Origin: Nemertoderma westbladi
Lineage: Eukaryota > Animalia > Xenacoelomorpha
Reading direction: 5' to 3'
NCBI GenBank assembly: GCA_032718475.1
Contig: JAUCBJ010008207.1
Coordinates: 1-57,917, forward strand
DNA: 57,917 bases
Shown here: one piece after another, positions 14,355 to 27,644 of the stretch
Layout: every line of letters begins with the position of its first letter
Position numbering within the stretch: the stretch's first letter is position 1
Translations under genes and position numbers: made by a program
Notes under the pieces: model-generated
Database searches by the model: none
What the model was told of the DNA's origin: nothing
Seen by the model: the letters and a program-made list of their open reading frames with translations, nothing else

Positions 14355-14587
14355 CTAGTGGGCACAAGCGACGGTGTTTGGTCTCCAGAAACTGATAATT
14401 TGCTCCGGCATCTCGCTGAGGCGTTGGAGGCCCGATGGAACGGGAGGGTTTGTTTCAGCAGGGTTCTGGGGGGGGATCCGTAGGATGCTACTGTTTGGCG
14501 TGCTGCGGACGAATTCCCTCCGTCTCCTTGGAGGGCGTCGCCCCTGGCGCGGTCTCGGGTTTGAGGATGGGGCAGGAATCCTATAGA
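14355..14587 (-). CDS. putative coding exon 4 of the unrecognised minus-strand gene (Pro/Arg-rich, VYRIPAPSSNPRPRQGRRPPRRRR...VACAH*)
   Basis: GC-rich island. Acceptor tatgcag| is in the phase required by the previous exon and the frame is open to TAG at 14355. A second AG 7 nt downstream would give another open frame (GFLPHPQ...), so the frame is uncertain. Confidence 0.4.
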
Positions 14588-14831
14588 CTGCATAACTAAC
14601 TTTTATTGTTAATAACAAAGTAAGTCTAGTTTGTGTTGGTGGCATATAAATTTTGCTAATATTTATATTCTATAAATGGTGATAACGTAGGAATGCGGTT
14701 ATGTTAATTTTAGTCCTGATTTGATCATTTTATGCAAATACAACCTCTTAGAAAGCAAAAACTAGACAAACCATTTTTTCACAGTGGCTGACTGTTATCA
14801 CCGTTTTTAGGTTTTGTCACAAATTCCGATT

Positions 14832-16592
14832 TTGGTTTGGTTATTGGTTAGTTATATCAAGTTATTGGTTTGTTATATCAAGTTATTGGTTTGTTATATC
14901 AAGTTATTGGTTTGTTATATCGAGTTATTTATTGGTTTGTTATATCGAGCTATTGGTTTGTTATATCGAGTTATTGGTTTGTTATATCGAGTTATTTATT
15001 GGTTTGTTATATCGAGATATTGGTTTGTTATATCGAGTTATTGGTTTGTTATATCGAGTTATTTATTGGTTTGTTATATCGAGTTATTGGTTTGTTATAT
15101 CGAGTTATTGGTTTGTTATATCGAGTTATTGGTTTGTTATATCGAGTTATTTGTTTGTTATATCGAGTTATTGGTTTGTTATATCGAGTTATCGGTTTGT
15201 TATATCTAGTTATTGGTTTGTTATATCGAGTTATCGGTTTGTTATATCTAGTTATTGGTTTGTTATATCGAGTTATTGGTTTGTTATATCGAGTTATTGG
15301 TTTGTTATATCGAGTTATTGGTTTGTTATATCGAGTTATTGGTTTGTTATATCGAGTTATTAGTTTGTTATATCGAGTTATTGGTTTGTTATATCTAGTT
15401 ATTGGTTTGTTATATCGAGTTATTGGTTTGTTATATCGAGTTATTGGTTTGTTATATCGAGTTATTGGTTTGTTATATCGAGTTATTGGTTTGTTATATC
15501 GAGTTATTGGTTTGTTATATCGAGTTATTGGTTTGTTATATCGAGTTATTGGTTTGTTATATCGAGTTATTGGTTTGTTATATCGAGATATTGGTTTGTT
15601 ATGTCTAGTTATTGGTTTGTTATATCGAGATATTGGTTTGTTATATCGAGTTATTGGTTTGTTATATCGAGTTATTTATTGGTTTGTTATATCGAGTTAT
15701 TGGTTTGTTATATCGAGTTATTTGTTTGTTATATCGAGTTATTGGTTTGTTATATCGAGTTATCGGTTTGTTATATCTAGTTATTGGTTTGTTATATCGA
15801 GTTATCGGTTTGTTATATCTAGTTATTGGTTTGTTATATCGAGTTATTCGTTTGTTATATCGAGTAATTGGTTTGTTATATCGAGTTATTGATTTGTTAT
15901 ATCGAGTTATTGGTTTGTTATATCGAGTTATTGGTTTGTTATATCGAGTTATCGGTTTGTTATATCTAGTTATTGGTTTGTTATATCGAGTTATTGGTTT
16001 GTTATATCGAGTTATTGGTTTGTTCTATCGAGTTATTGGTTTGTTATATCGAGTTATTGGTTTGTTATATCGAGTTATTAGTTTGTTATATCGAGTTATT
16101 GGTTTGTTATATCTAGTTATTGGTTTGTTATATCGAGTTATTGGTTTGTTATATCGAGTTATTGGTTTGTTATATCGAGTTATTGGTTTGTTATATCGAG
16201 TTATTGGTTTGTTATATCGAGTTATTGGTTTGTTATATCGAGTTATTGGTTTGTTATATCGAGTTATTGGTTTGTTATATCGAGTTATTGGTTTGTTATA
16301 TCGAGTTATTGGTTTGTTATATCGAGTCATTGGTTTGTTATATCGAGTTATTGGTTTGTTATATCGAGTTATTGGTTTGTTATATCGAGATATTGGTTTG
16401 TTATGTCTAGTTATTGGTTTGTTATATCGAGTTATTGGTTTGTTATATCGAGTTATTCGTATGTTATATCGAGTTATTGGTTTCTTATATCGAGTTATTG
16501 GTTTGTTATATCGAGTTATTGGTTTGTTATATCGAGTTATTGGTTTGTTATATCGAGTTATTGGTTTGTTATATCGAGTTATTGGTTTGTTA
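14832..16592. repeat. 21-bp tandem array, ~83 copies (GTTATTGGTTTGTTATATCGA), with a few 25-bp variants
   Basis: Direct reading; gives 7-aa periodicity in the ORF track. Confidence 0.97.
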
Positions 16593-16601
16593 CAAATATA
16601 C

Positions 16602-16636
16602 CGTCCTCTAATACTTCTAGAGTTTGAATCCCCAGT
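16602..16636 (-). CDS. putative coding exon 3 (35 nt; (R)LGIQTLEVLED) of the minus-strand gene
   Basis: cttacag|ACTGGGGATTCAAACTCTAGAAGTATTAGAGGACG|gtatat. Open in the phase (2) left by exon 2; sits in a small unique island between two arrays. Confidence 0.5.
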
Positions 16637-17000
16637 CTGTAAGTATTCAACTTAATAAATAATGTTTAATGAGTTTCACATATCCGTAGCAGTGAAGAGA
16701 ATGACTCATTGTTTAATAACGAGCCATCGGTCACCATATCAAATAAAACAATACGACGTATTGCGTTAACTAACAGGTACAAAGTGCAATGCATTATACA
16801 TTACAGTTAGTATAAACTAATGTATAAAGTCGGGTGGGATATATCGCAATAAAATAGTTGGTATTGGAGCGGATGTTGGGCATTAATATGTCGGATATAT
16901 TGTTTGTTTGAGTTCAGGAGATAAAAGGTTGTTTGGCTGAGGTGTGGAGGTACAAATGGATGTTGGTGGAAATATAATATGGGTAGAGAATAAACGAAAA

Positions 17001-20000
17001 GGGAGACAACGTGATAGTAGGGCCGAAGAGTTACAGATGATTAACGGCATTATATATTAGCTTAGCAATCACATTGTGGGAGACAACGTGATAGTAGGGC
17101 CGAAGAGTCACAGATGATTAACGGCATTATATATTAGCTTAGCAATCACATTGTGGGAGACAACGTGATAGTAGGGCCGAAGAGTTACAGATGATTAACG
17201 GCATTATATATTAGCTTAGCAATCACATTGTGGGAGACAACGTGATAGTAGGGCCGAAGAGTTACAGATGATTAACGGCATTATATATTAGCTTAGCAAT
17301 CACATTGTGGGAGACAACGTGATAGTAGGGCCGAAGAGTTACAGATGATTAACGGCATTATATATTAGCTTAGCAATCACATTGTGGGAGACAACGTGAT
17401 AGTAGGGCCGAAGAGTCACAGATGATTAACGGCATTATATATTAGCTTAGCAATCACATTGTGGGAGACAACGTGATAGTAGGGCCGAAGAGTTACAGAT
17501 GATTAACGGCATTATATATTAGCTTAGCAATCACATTGTGGGAGACAACGTGATAGTAGGGCCGAAGAGTTACAGATGATTAACGGCATTATATATTAGC
17601 TTAGCAATCACATTGTGGGAGACAACGTGATAGTAGGGCCGAAGAGTTACAGATGATTAACGGCATTATATATTAGCTTAGCAATCACATTGTGGGAGAC
17701 AACGTGATAGTAGGGCCGAAGAGTTACAGATGATTAACGGCATTATATATTAGCTTAGCAATCACATTGTGGGAGACAACGTGATAGTAGGGCCGAAGAG
17801 TTACAGATGATTAACGGCATTATATATTAGCTTAGCAATCACATTGTGGGAGACAACGTGATAGTAGGGCCGAAGAGTTACAGATGATTAACGGCATTAT
17901 ATATTAGCTTAGCAATCACATTGTGGGAGACAACGTGATAGTAGGGCCGAAGAGTTACAGATGATTAACGGCATTATATATTAGCTTAGCAATCACATTG
18001 TGGGAGACAACGTGATAGTAGGGCCGAAGAGTTACAGATGATTAACGGCATTATATATTAGCTTAGCAATCACATTGTGGGAGACAACGTGATAGTAGGG
18101 CCGAAGAGTTACAGATGATTAACGGCATTATATATTAGCTTAGCAATCACATTGTGGGAGACAACGTGATAGTAGGGCCGAAGAGTTACAGATGATTAAC
18201 GGCATTATATATTAGCTTAGCAATCACATTGTGGGAGACAACGTGATAGTAGGGCCGAAGAGTTACAGATGATTAACGGCATTATATATTAGCTTAGCAA
18301 TCACATTGTGGGAGACAACGTGATAGTAGGGCCGAAGAGTTACAGATGATTAACGGCATTATATATTAGCTTAGCAATCACATTGTGGGAGACAACGTGA
18401 TAGTAGGGCCGAAGAGTTACAGATGATTAACGGCATTATATATTAGCTTAGCAATCACATTGTGGGAGACAACGTGATAGTAGGGCCGAAGAGTTACAGA
18501 TGATTAACGGCATTATATATTAGCTTAGCAATCACATTGTGGGAGACAACGTGATAGTAGGGCCGAAGAGTTACAGATGATTAACGGCATTATATATTAG
18601 CTTAGCAATCACATTGTGGGAGACAACGTGATAGTAGGGCCGAAGAGTTACAGATGATTAACGGCATTATATATTAGCTTAGCAATCACATTGTGGGAGA
18701 CAACGTGATAGTAGGGCCGAAGAGTTACAGATGATTAACGGCATTATATATTAGCTTAGCAATCACATTGTGGGAGACAACGTGATAGTAGGGCCGAAGA
18801 GTTACAGATGATTAACGGCATTATATATTAGCTTAGCAATCACATTGTGGGAGACAACGTGATAGTAGGGCCGAAGAGTTACAGATGATTAACGGCATTA
18901 TATATTAGCTTAGCAATCACATTGTGGGAGACAACGTGATAGTAGGGCCGAAGAGTTACAGATGATTAACGGCATTATATATTAGCTTAGCAATCACATT
19001 GTGGGAGACAACGTGATAGTAGGGCCGAAGAGTTACAGATGATTAACGGCATTATATATTAGCTTAGCAATCACATTGTGGGAGACAACGTGATAGTAGG
19101 GCCGAAGAGTTACAGATGATTAACGGCATTATATATTAGCTTAGCAATCACATTGTGGGAGACAACGTGATAGTAGGGCCGAAGAGTTACAGATGATTAA
19201 CGGCATTATATATTAGCTTAGCAATCACATTGTGGGAGACAACGTGATAGTAGGGCCGAAGAGTTACAGATGATTAACGGCATTATATATTAGCTTAGCA
19301 ATCACATTGTGGGAGACAACGTGATAGTAGGGCCGAAGAGTTACAGATGATTAACGGCATTATATATTAGCTTAGCAATCACATTGTGGGAGACAACGTG
19401 ATAGTAGGGCCGAAGAGTTACAGATGATTAACGGCATTATATATTAGCTTAGCAATCACATTGTGGGAGACAACGTGATAGTAGGGCCGAAGAGTTACAG
19501 ATGATTAACGGCATTATATATTAGCTTAGCAATCACATTGTGGGAGACAACGTGATAGTAGGGCCGAAGAGTTACAGATGATTAACGGCATTATATATTA
19601 GCTTAGCAATCACATTGTGGGAGACAACGTGATAGTAGGGCCGAAGAGTTACAGATGATTAACGGCATTATATATTAGCTTAGCAATCACATTGTGGGAG
19701 ACAACGTGATAGTAGGGCCGAAGAGTTACAGATGATTAACGGCATTATATATTAGCTTAGCAATCACATTGTGGGAGACAACGTGATAGTAGGGCCGAAG
19801 AGTTACAGATGATTAACGGCATTATATATTAGCTTAGCAATCACATTGTGGGAGACAACGTGATAGTAGGGCCGAAGAGTTACAGATGATTAACGGCATT
19901 ATATATTAGCTTAGCAATCACATTGTGGGAGACAACGTGATAGTAGGGCCGAAGAGTTACAGATGATTAACGGCATTATATATTAGCTTAGCAATCACAT

Positions 20001-20693
20001 TGTGGGAGACAACGTGATAGTAGGGCCGAAGAGTTACAGATGATTAACGGCATTATATATTAGCTTAGCAATCACATTGTGGGAGACAACGTGATAGTAG
20101 GGCCGAAGAGTTACAGATGATTAACGGCATTATATATTAGCTTAGCAATCACATTGTGGGAGACAACGTGATAGTAGGGCCGAAGAGTTACAGATGATTA
20201 ACGGCATTATATATTAGCTTAGCAATCACATTGTGGGAGACAACGTGATAGTAGGGCCGAAGAGTTACAGATGATTAACGGCATTATATATTAGCTTAGC
20301 AATCACATTGTGGGAGACAACGTGATAGTAGGGCCGAAGAGTTACAGATGATTAACGGCATTATATATTAGCTTAGCAATCACATTGTGGGAGACAACGT
20401 GATAGTAGGGCCGAAGAGTTACAGATGATTAACGGCATTATATATTAGCTTAGCAATCACATTGTGGGAGACAACGTGATAGTAGGGCCGAAGAGTTACA
20501 GATGATTAACGGCATTATATATTAGCTTAGCAATCACATTGTGGGAGACAACGTGATAGTAGGGCCGAAGAGTTACAGATGATTAACGGCATTATTAGCT
20601 TAGCAATCACATTGTGGGAGACAACATGATAGTAGGGCCGAAGAGTCACAGATGATTAACGGCATTATATATTAGCTTAGCAATCACATTGTG
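17001..20693. repeat. 77-bp tandem array, ~48 almost identical copies
   Basis: GGGAGACAAC at 17001 and 17078. The only differences I saw are GTTAC/GTCAC in a few units and changes in the last two units. Confidence 0.98.
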
Positions 20694-20807
20694 ACAATGA
20701 AAGTACTGGTAAATTTCGTAACAGTTGCGAATTATTTGACCAAGTTGGTTTAGGTCGTAAACAAAAAGCAAAGCAAAGTAAGTAAACATAGGTAGGGATG
20801 GGTGATA

Positions 20808-23800
20808 CTCGGTTACCCACTTGGTTGCCTCGGTTACCCACTTGGTCGCCCCGGTTACCCACTTGGTCGCCCCGGTTACCCACTTGGTTGCCCCGGTTAC
20901 CTACTTGGTCGCCCCGGTTACCCACTTGGTCGCCCCGGTTACCCACTTGGTCGCCCCGGTTACCCACTTGGTTGCCCCGGTTACCCACTCGGTCGCCCCG
21001 GTTACCTACTTGGTCGCCCCGGTTACCTACTTGGTTGCCCCGGTTACCCACTTGGTCGCCCCGGTTACCCACTTGGTTGCCCCGGTTACCTACTTGGTTG
21101 CCCCGGTTACCTACTTGGTCGCCCGGGTTACCCACTTGGTTGCCCCGGTTACCTACTTGGTCGCCCCGGTTACCCACTTGGTTGCCTCGGTTACCCACTT
21201 GGTCGCCCCGGTTACCCACTTGGTTGCCCCGGTTACCTACTTGGTCGCCCCGGTTACCCACTTGGTCGCCCCGGTTACCCACTTGGTCGCCCCGGTTACC
21301 CACTTGGTTGCCCCGGTTACCTACTTGGTCGCCCCGGTTACCCACTTGGTCGCCCCGGTTACCCACTTGGTCGCCCCGGTTACCCACTTGGTCGCCCCGG
21401 TTACCTACTTGGTTGCCCCGGTTACCCACTTGGTTGCCCCGGTTACCTACTTGGTCGCCCCGGTTACCCACTTGGTCGCCCCGGTTACCTACTTGGTTGC
21501 CCCGGTTACCCACTTGGTTGCCCCGGTTACCCACTTGGTTGCCCCGGTTACCCACTTGGTCGCCCCGGTTACCCACTTGGTCGCCCCGGTTACCTACTTG
21601 GTCGCCCCGGTTACCCACTTGGTCGCCCCGGTTACCCACTTGGTCGCCCCGGTTACCCACTTGGTCGCCCCGGTTACCCACTTGGTCGCCCCGGTTACCT
21701 ACTTGGTCGCCCCGGTTACCCACTTGGTCGCCCCGGTTACCCACTTGGTCGCCTCGGTTACCCACTTGGTCGCCCCGGTTACCCACTTGGTTGCCCCGGT
21801 TACCTACTTGGTCGCCCCGGTTACCCACTTGGTCGCCCCGGTTACCCACTTGGTCGCCCCGGTTACCCACTTGGTCGCCCCGGTTACCTACTTGGTCGCC
21901 CCGGTTACCCACTTGGTCGCCCCGGTTACCCACTTGGTCGCCTCGGTTACCCACTTGGTCGCCCCGGTTACCCACTTGGTCGCCCCGGTTACCTACTTGG
22001 TCGCCCCGGTTACCCACTTGGTCGCCCCGGTTACCCACTTGGTCGCCCCGGTTACCCACTTGGTCGCCCCGGTTACCCACTTGGTCGCCCCGGTTACCTA
22101 CTTGGTCGCCCCGGTTACCCACTTGGTCGCCCCGGTTACCCACTTGGTCGCCTCGGTTACCCACTTGGTCGCCCCGGTTACCCACTTGGTTGCCCCGGTT
22201 ACCTACTTGGTCGCCCCGGTTACCCACTTGGTCGCCCCGGTTACCCACTTGGTCGCCCCGGTTACCCACTTGGTCGCCCCGGTTACCTACTTGGTTGCCC
22301 CGGTTACCCACTTGGTTGACCCGGTTACCCACTTGGTCGCCCCGGTTACCCACTTGGTCGCCCCGGTTACCCACTTGGTCGCCCCGGTTACCTACTTGGT
22401 TGCCCCGGTTACCCACTTAGTTGACCCGGTTACCCACTTGGTTACCCCGGTTACCCACTTGGTCGCCCCGGTTACCCACTTGGTCGCCCCGGTTACCTAC
22501 TTGGTCGCCCCGGTTACCCACTTGGTTGCCCCGGTTACCCACTTGGTCGCCCCGGTTACCCACTTGGTCGCCCCGGTTACCCACTTGGTCGCCTCGGTTA
22601 CCCACTTGGTCGCCCCGGTTACCCACTTGGTTGCCCCGGTTACCTACTTGGTCGCCCCGGTTACCCACTTGGTCGCCCCGGTTACCTACTTGGTTGCCCC
22701 GGTTACCCACTTGGTTGCCCCGGTTACCCACTTGGTTGCCCCGGTTACCCACTTGGTCGCCCCGGTTACCCACTTGGTCGCCCCGGTTACCTACTTGGTT
22801 GCCCCGGTTACCCACTTGGTTGCCCCGGTTACCCACTTGGTTGCCCCGGTTACCCACTTGGTCGCCCCGGTTACCCACTTGGTCGCCCCGGTTACCTACT
22901 TGGTTGCCCCGGTTACCCACTTGGTTGCCCCGGTTACCCACTTGGTTGCCCCGGTTACCCACTTGGTCGCCCCGGTTACCCACTTGGTCGCCCCGGTTAC
23001 CTACTTGGTCGCCCCGGTTACCCACTTGGTCGCCCCGGTTACCCACTTGGTCGCCTCGGTTACCCACTTGGTCGCCCCGGTTACCCACTTGGTTGCCCCG
23101 GTTACCTACTTGGTCGCCCCGGTTACCCACTTGGTCGCCCCGGTTACCCACTTGGTCGCCCCGGTTACCCACTTGGTCGCCCCGGTTACCTACTTGGTCG
23201 CCTCGGTTACCCACTTGGTCGCCCCGGTTACCCACTTGGTCGCCCCGGTTACCTACTTGGTCGCCCCGGTTACCCACTTGGTCGCCCCGGTTACCCACTT
23301 GGTCGCCCCGGTTACCCACTTGGTCGCCCCGGTTACCCACTTGGTCGCCCCGGTTACCTACTTGGTCGCCCCGGTTACCCACTTGGTCGCCCCGGTTACC
23401 CACTTGGTCGCCTCGGTTACCCACTTGGTCGCCCCGGTTACCCACTTGGTTGCCCCGGTTACCTACTTGGTCTCCCCGGTTACCCACTTGGTCGCCCCGG
23501 TTACCCACTTGGTCGCCCCGGTTACCCACTTGGTCGCCCCGGTTACCTACTTGGTCGCCCCGGTTACCCACTTGGTCGCCCCGGTTACCTACTTGGTTGC
23601 CCCGGTTACCCACTTGGTTGCCCCGGTTACCCACTTGGTTGCCCCGGTTACCCACTTGGTCGCCCCGGTTACCCACTTGGTCGCCCCGGTTACCTACTTG
23701 GTTGCCCCGGTTACCCACTTGGTTGCCCCGGTTACCCACTTGGTTGCCCCGGTTACCCACTTGGTCGCCCCGGTTACCCACTTGGTCGCCCCGGTTACCT

Positions 23801-26800
23801 ACTTGGTCGCCCCGGTTACCCACTTGGTCGCCCCGGTTACCCACTTGGTCGCCTCGGTTACCCACTTGGTCGCCCCGGTTACCTACTTGGTCGCCCCGGT
23901 TACCCACTTGGTCGCCCCGGTTACCCACTTGGTCGCCCCGGTTACCCACTTGGTCGCCCCGGTTACCCACTTGGTCGCCCCGGTTACCTACTTGGTTGCC
24001 CCGGTTACCCACTTAGTTGACCCGGTTACCCACTTGGTTACCCCGGTTACCCACTTGGTCGCCCCGGTTACCCACTTGGTCGCCCCGGTTACCTACTTGG
24101 TCGCCCCGGTTACCCACTTGGTTGCCCCGGTTACCCACTTGGTCGCCCCGGTTACCCACTTGGTCGCCCCGGTTACCCACTTGGTCGCCTCGGTTACCCA
24201 CTTGGTCGCCCCGGTTACCCACTTGGTTGCCCCGGTTACCTACTTGGTCGCCCCGGTTACCCACTTGGTCGCCCCGGTTACCTACTTGGTTGCCCCGGTT
24301 ACCCACTTGGTTGCCCCGGTTACCCACTTGGTTGCCCCGGTTACCCACTTGGTCGCCCCGGTTACCCACTTGGTCGCCCCGGTTACCTACTTGGTTGCCC
24401 CGGTTACCCACTTGGTTGCCCCGGTTACCCACTTGGTTGCCCCGGTTACCCACTTGGTCGCCCCGGTTACCCACTTGGTCGCCCCGGTTACCTACTTGGT
24501 TGCCCCGGTTACCCACTTGGTTGCCCCGGTTACCCACTTGGTTGCCCCGGTTACCCACTTGGTCGCCCCGGTTACCCACTTGGTCGCCCCGGTTACCTAC
24601 TTGGTCGCCCCGGTTACCCACTTGGTCGCCCCGGTTACCCACTTGGTCGCCTCGGTTACCCACTTGGTCGCCCCGGTTACCCACTTGGTTGCCCCGGTTA
24701 CCTACTTGGTCGCCCCGGTTACCCACTTGGTCGCCCCGGTTACCCACTTGGTCGCCCCGGTTACCCACTTGGTCGCCCCGGTTACCTACTTGGTCGCCTC
24801 GGTTACCCACTTGGTCGCCCCGGTTACCCACTTGGTCGCCCCGGTTACCTACTTGGTCGCCCCGGTTACCCACTTGGTCGCCCCGGTTACCCACTTGGTC
24901 GCCCCGGTTACCCACTTGGTCGCCCCGGTTACCCACTTGGTCGCCCCGGTTACCTACTTGGTCGCCCCGGTTACCCACTTGGTCGCCCCGGTTACCCACT
25001 TGGTCGCCTCGGTTACCCACTTGGTCGCCCCGGTTACCCACTTGGTTGCCCCGGTTACCTACTTGGTCTCCCCGGTTACCCACTTGGTCGCCCCGGTTAC
25101 CCACTTGGTCGCCCCGGTTACCCACTTGGTCGCCCCGGTTACCTACTTGGTCGCCCCGGTTACCCACTTGGTCGCCCCGGTTACCTACTTGGTTGCCCCG
25201 GTTACCCACTTGGTTGCCCCGGTTACCCACTTGGTTGCCCCGGTTACCCACTTGGTCGCCCCGGTTACCCACTTGGTCGCCCCGGTTACCTACTTGGTTG
25301 CCCCGGTTACCCACTTGGTTGCCCCGGTTACCCACTTGGTTGCCCCGGTTACCCACTTGGTCGCCCCGGTTACCCACTTGGTCGCCCCGGTTACCTACTT
25401 GGTCGCCCCGGTTACCCACTTGGTCGCCCCGGTTACCTACTTGGTTGCCCCGGTTACCCACTTGGTTGCCCCGGTTACCCACTTGGTTGCCCCGGTTACC
25501 CACTTGGTCGCCCCGGTTACCCACTTGGTCGCCCCGGTTACCTACTTGGTCGCCTCGGTTACCCACTTGGTCGCCCCGGTTACCTACTTGGTCGCCCCGG
25601 TTACCCACTTGGTCGCCCCGGTTACCCACTTGGTCGCCCCGGTTACCCACTTGGTCGCCCCGGTTACCCACTTGGTCGCCTCGGTTACCCACTTGGTCGC
25701 CCCGGTTACCTACTTGGTCTCCCCGGTTACCCACTTGGTCGCCCCGGTTACCCACTTGGTCGCCTCGGTTACCTACTTGGTCTCCCCGGTTACCCACTTG
25801 GTCGCCCCGGTTACCCACTTGGTTGCCCCGGTTACCTACTTGGTCGCCCCGGTTACCCACTTGGTCGCCCCGGTTACCCACTTGGTCGCCCCGGTTACCT
25901 ACTTGGTCGCCCCGGTTACCCACTTGGTCGCCCCGGTTACCTACTTGGTTGCCTCGGTTACCCACTTGGTCGCCCCGGTTACCCACTTGGTTGCCCCGGT
26001 TACCTACTTGGTCGCCCCGGTTACCCACTTGGTTGCCCCGGTTACCCACTTGGTTTCCCGGTTACCTACTTGGTTGCCCCGGTTACCCACTTGGTTGCCC
26101 CGGTTACCCACTTAGTTGCCCCGGTTACCCACTTGGTTGCCCCGGTTACCTACTTGGTTGCCCCGGTTACCCACTTGGTCGCCCCGGTTACCCACTTAGT
26201 TGCCCCGGTTACCCACTTGGTTGCCCCGGTTACCTACTTGGTTGCCCCGGTTACCTACTTGGTCGCCCCGGTTACCCACTTGGTCGCCCCGGTTACCCAC
26301 TTGGTTGCCCCGGTTACCTACTTGGTCGCCCCGGTTACCCACTTGGTCGCCCCGGTTACCCACTTGGTTGCCCCGGTTACCTACTTGGTCGCCCCGGTTA
26401 CCCACTTGGTCGCCCCGGTTACCCACTTGGTCGCCCCGGTTACCTACTTGGTCGCCCCGGTTACCCACTTGGTCGCCCCGGTTACCCACTTGGTCGCCCC
26501 GGTTACCCACTTGGTCGCCCCGGTTACCTACTTGGTCTCCCCGGTTACCCACTTGGTCGCCCCGGTTACCCACTTGGTCGCCTCGGTTACCTACTTGGTC
26601 TCCCCGGTTACCTACTTGGTCGCCCCGGTTACCCACTTGGTCGCCCCGGTTACCTACTTGGTCGCCCCGGTTACCCACTTGGTCGCCCCGGTTACCTACT
26701 TGGTTGCCTCGGTTACCCACTTGGTCGCCCCGGTTACCCACTTGGTTGCCCCGGTTACCTACTTGGTCGCCCCGGTTACCCACTTGGTTGCCCCGGTTAC

Positions 26801-27225
26801 CCACTTGGTTGCCCCGGTTACCCACTTAGTTGCCCCGGTTACCCACTTGGTTGCCCCGGTTACCTACTTGGTTGCCCCGGTTACCCACTTGGTCGCCCCG
26901 GTTACCCACTTGGTCGCCCCGGTTACCCACTTGGTCGCCCCGGTTACCCACTTGGTCGCCCCGGTTACCCACTTGGTTGCCCCGGTTACCCACTTGGTCG
27001 CCCCGGTTACCCACTTGGTTGCCCCGGTTACCTACTTGGTCGCCCCGGTTACCCACTTGGTCGCCCCGGTTACCCACTTGGTCGCCCCGGTTACCTACTT
27101 GGTCGCCCCGGTTACCCACTTGGTCGCCCCGGTTACCTACTTGGTCGCCCCGGTTACCCACTTGGTCGCCCCGGTTACCCACTTGGTCGCCCCGGTTACC
27201 CACTTAGTTGCCCCGGTTACCTACT
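20808..27225. repeat. 21-bp GC-rich tandem array, ~305 copies (GGTTACCCACTTGGTCGCCCC)
   Basis: Direct reading. Contains an internal duplication with 1596-bp (76-unit) offset, marked by the rare TTAGTTGACC variant near 22417 and 24013. Confidence 0.98.
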
Positions 27226-27342
27226 CAGTTGTCTGTCGGTAACTGGTTCCGGTTCCGAGTCTCTCACATCAGCTGCGTACGGTGGCGGATTCTGCGGATA
27301 CTCTAAACCCGCCTCCGCATCTTTATTCCCAACGTAGGATTC
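27221..27342 (-). CDS. putative coding exon 2 (ESYVGNKDAEAGLEYPQNPPPYAADVRDSEPEPVTDRQLS(R)) of the minus-strand gene; contains a PPxY motif
   Basis: Strong acceptor tgtctttgtttccag|GAA, donor AG|gtaacc, GC-rich open frame, phase 0 start matching exon 1. Confidence 0.6.
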
Positions 27343-27644
27343 CTGGAAACAAAGACAACAATAAGTTCACCGATACTAAACGAAATTATTGAACTAAATA
27401 TAATTTTATAATCCTAGAAATTATAAATTACAATTTATTAGATGAAAAACAAGTAAATCGTCTTTCTGACACTGAGATATATTATTTGCCTCGCTCGGAG
27501 ATAAGCTCTGTCCAGGATTTAATTAAGTCCCATAGAATAAAACGGAAACTTAAGGTCCGATTATTTAGAGCAGCAGTAGTTCCAGTACTCCTCTATGGGA
27601 GTCCATGCTGGGCTCTAACTGCTGAGGACACAAATTCTCTGGAT

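Noticed and set aside
14814-16655. Hydrophobic repeat ORFs (VIGLLYR)n, (ISSYWFV)n
   Set aside because: Translations of the 21-bp array in all frames; 25-bp variants shift frame freely.
17001-20693. 77-bp array as CRISPR, tRNA array or hammerhead retrozyme
   Set aside because: No unique spacers or cas genes, no A/B boxes or cloverleaf, and CAGATGA is not the CUGANGA core and lacks a properly placed GAAA.
20677-27337. Very long ORFs, including minus-strand (GNRGDQV)n with hundreds of RGD motifs and plus-strand (LVAPVTH)n of 1764 aa
   Set aside because: A 21-bp unit lacking stops is open in several frames on both strands. The RGD frame has a TGA just upstream, internal stops and a frameshift near 26055, and no signal peptide.
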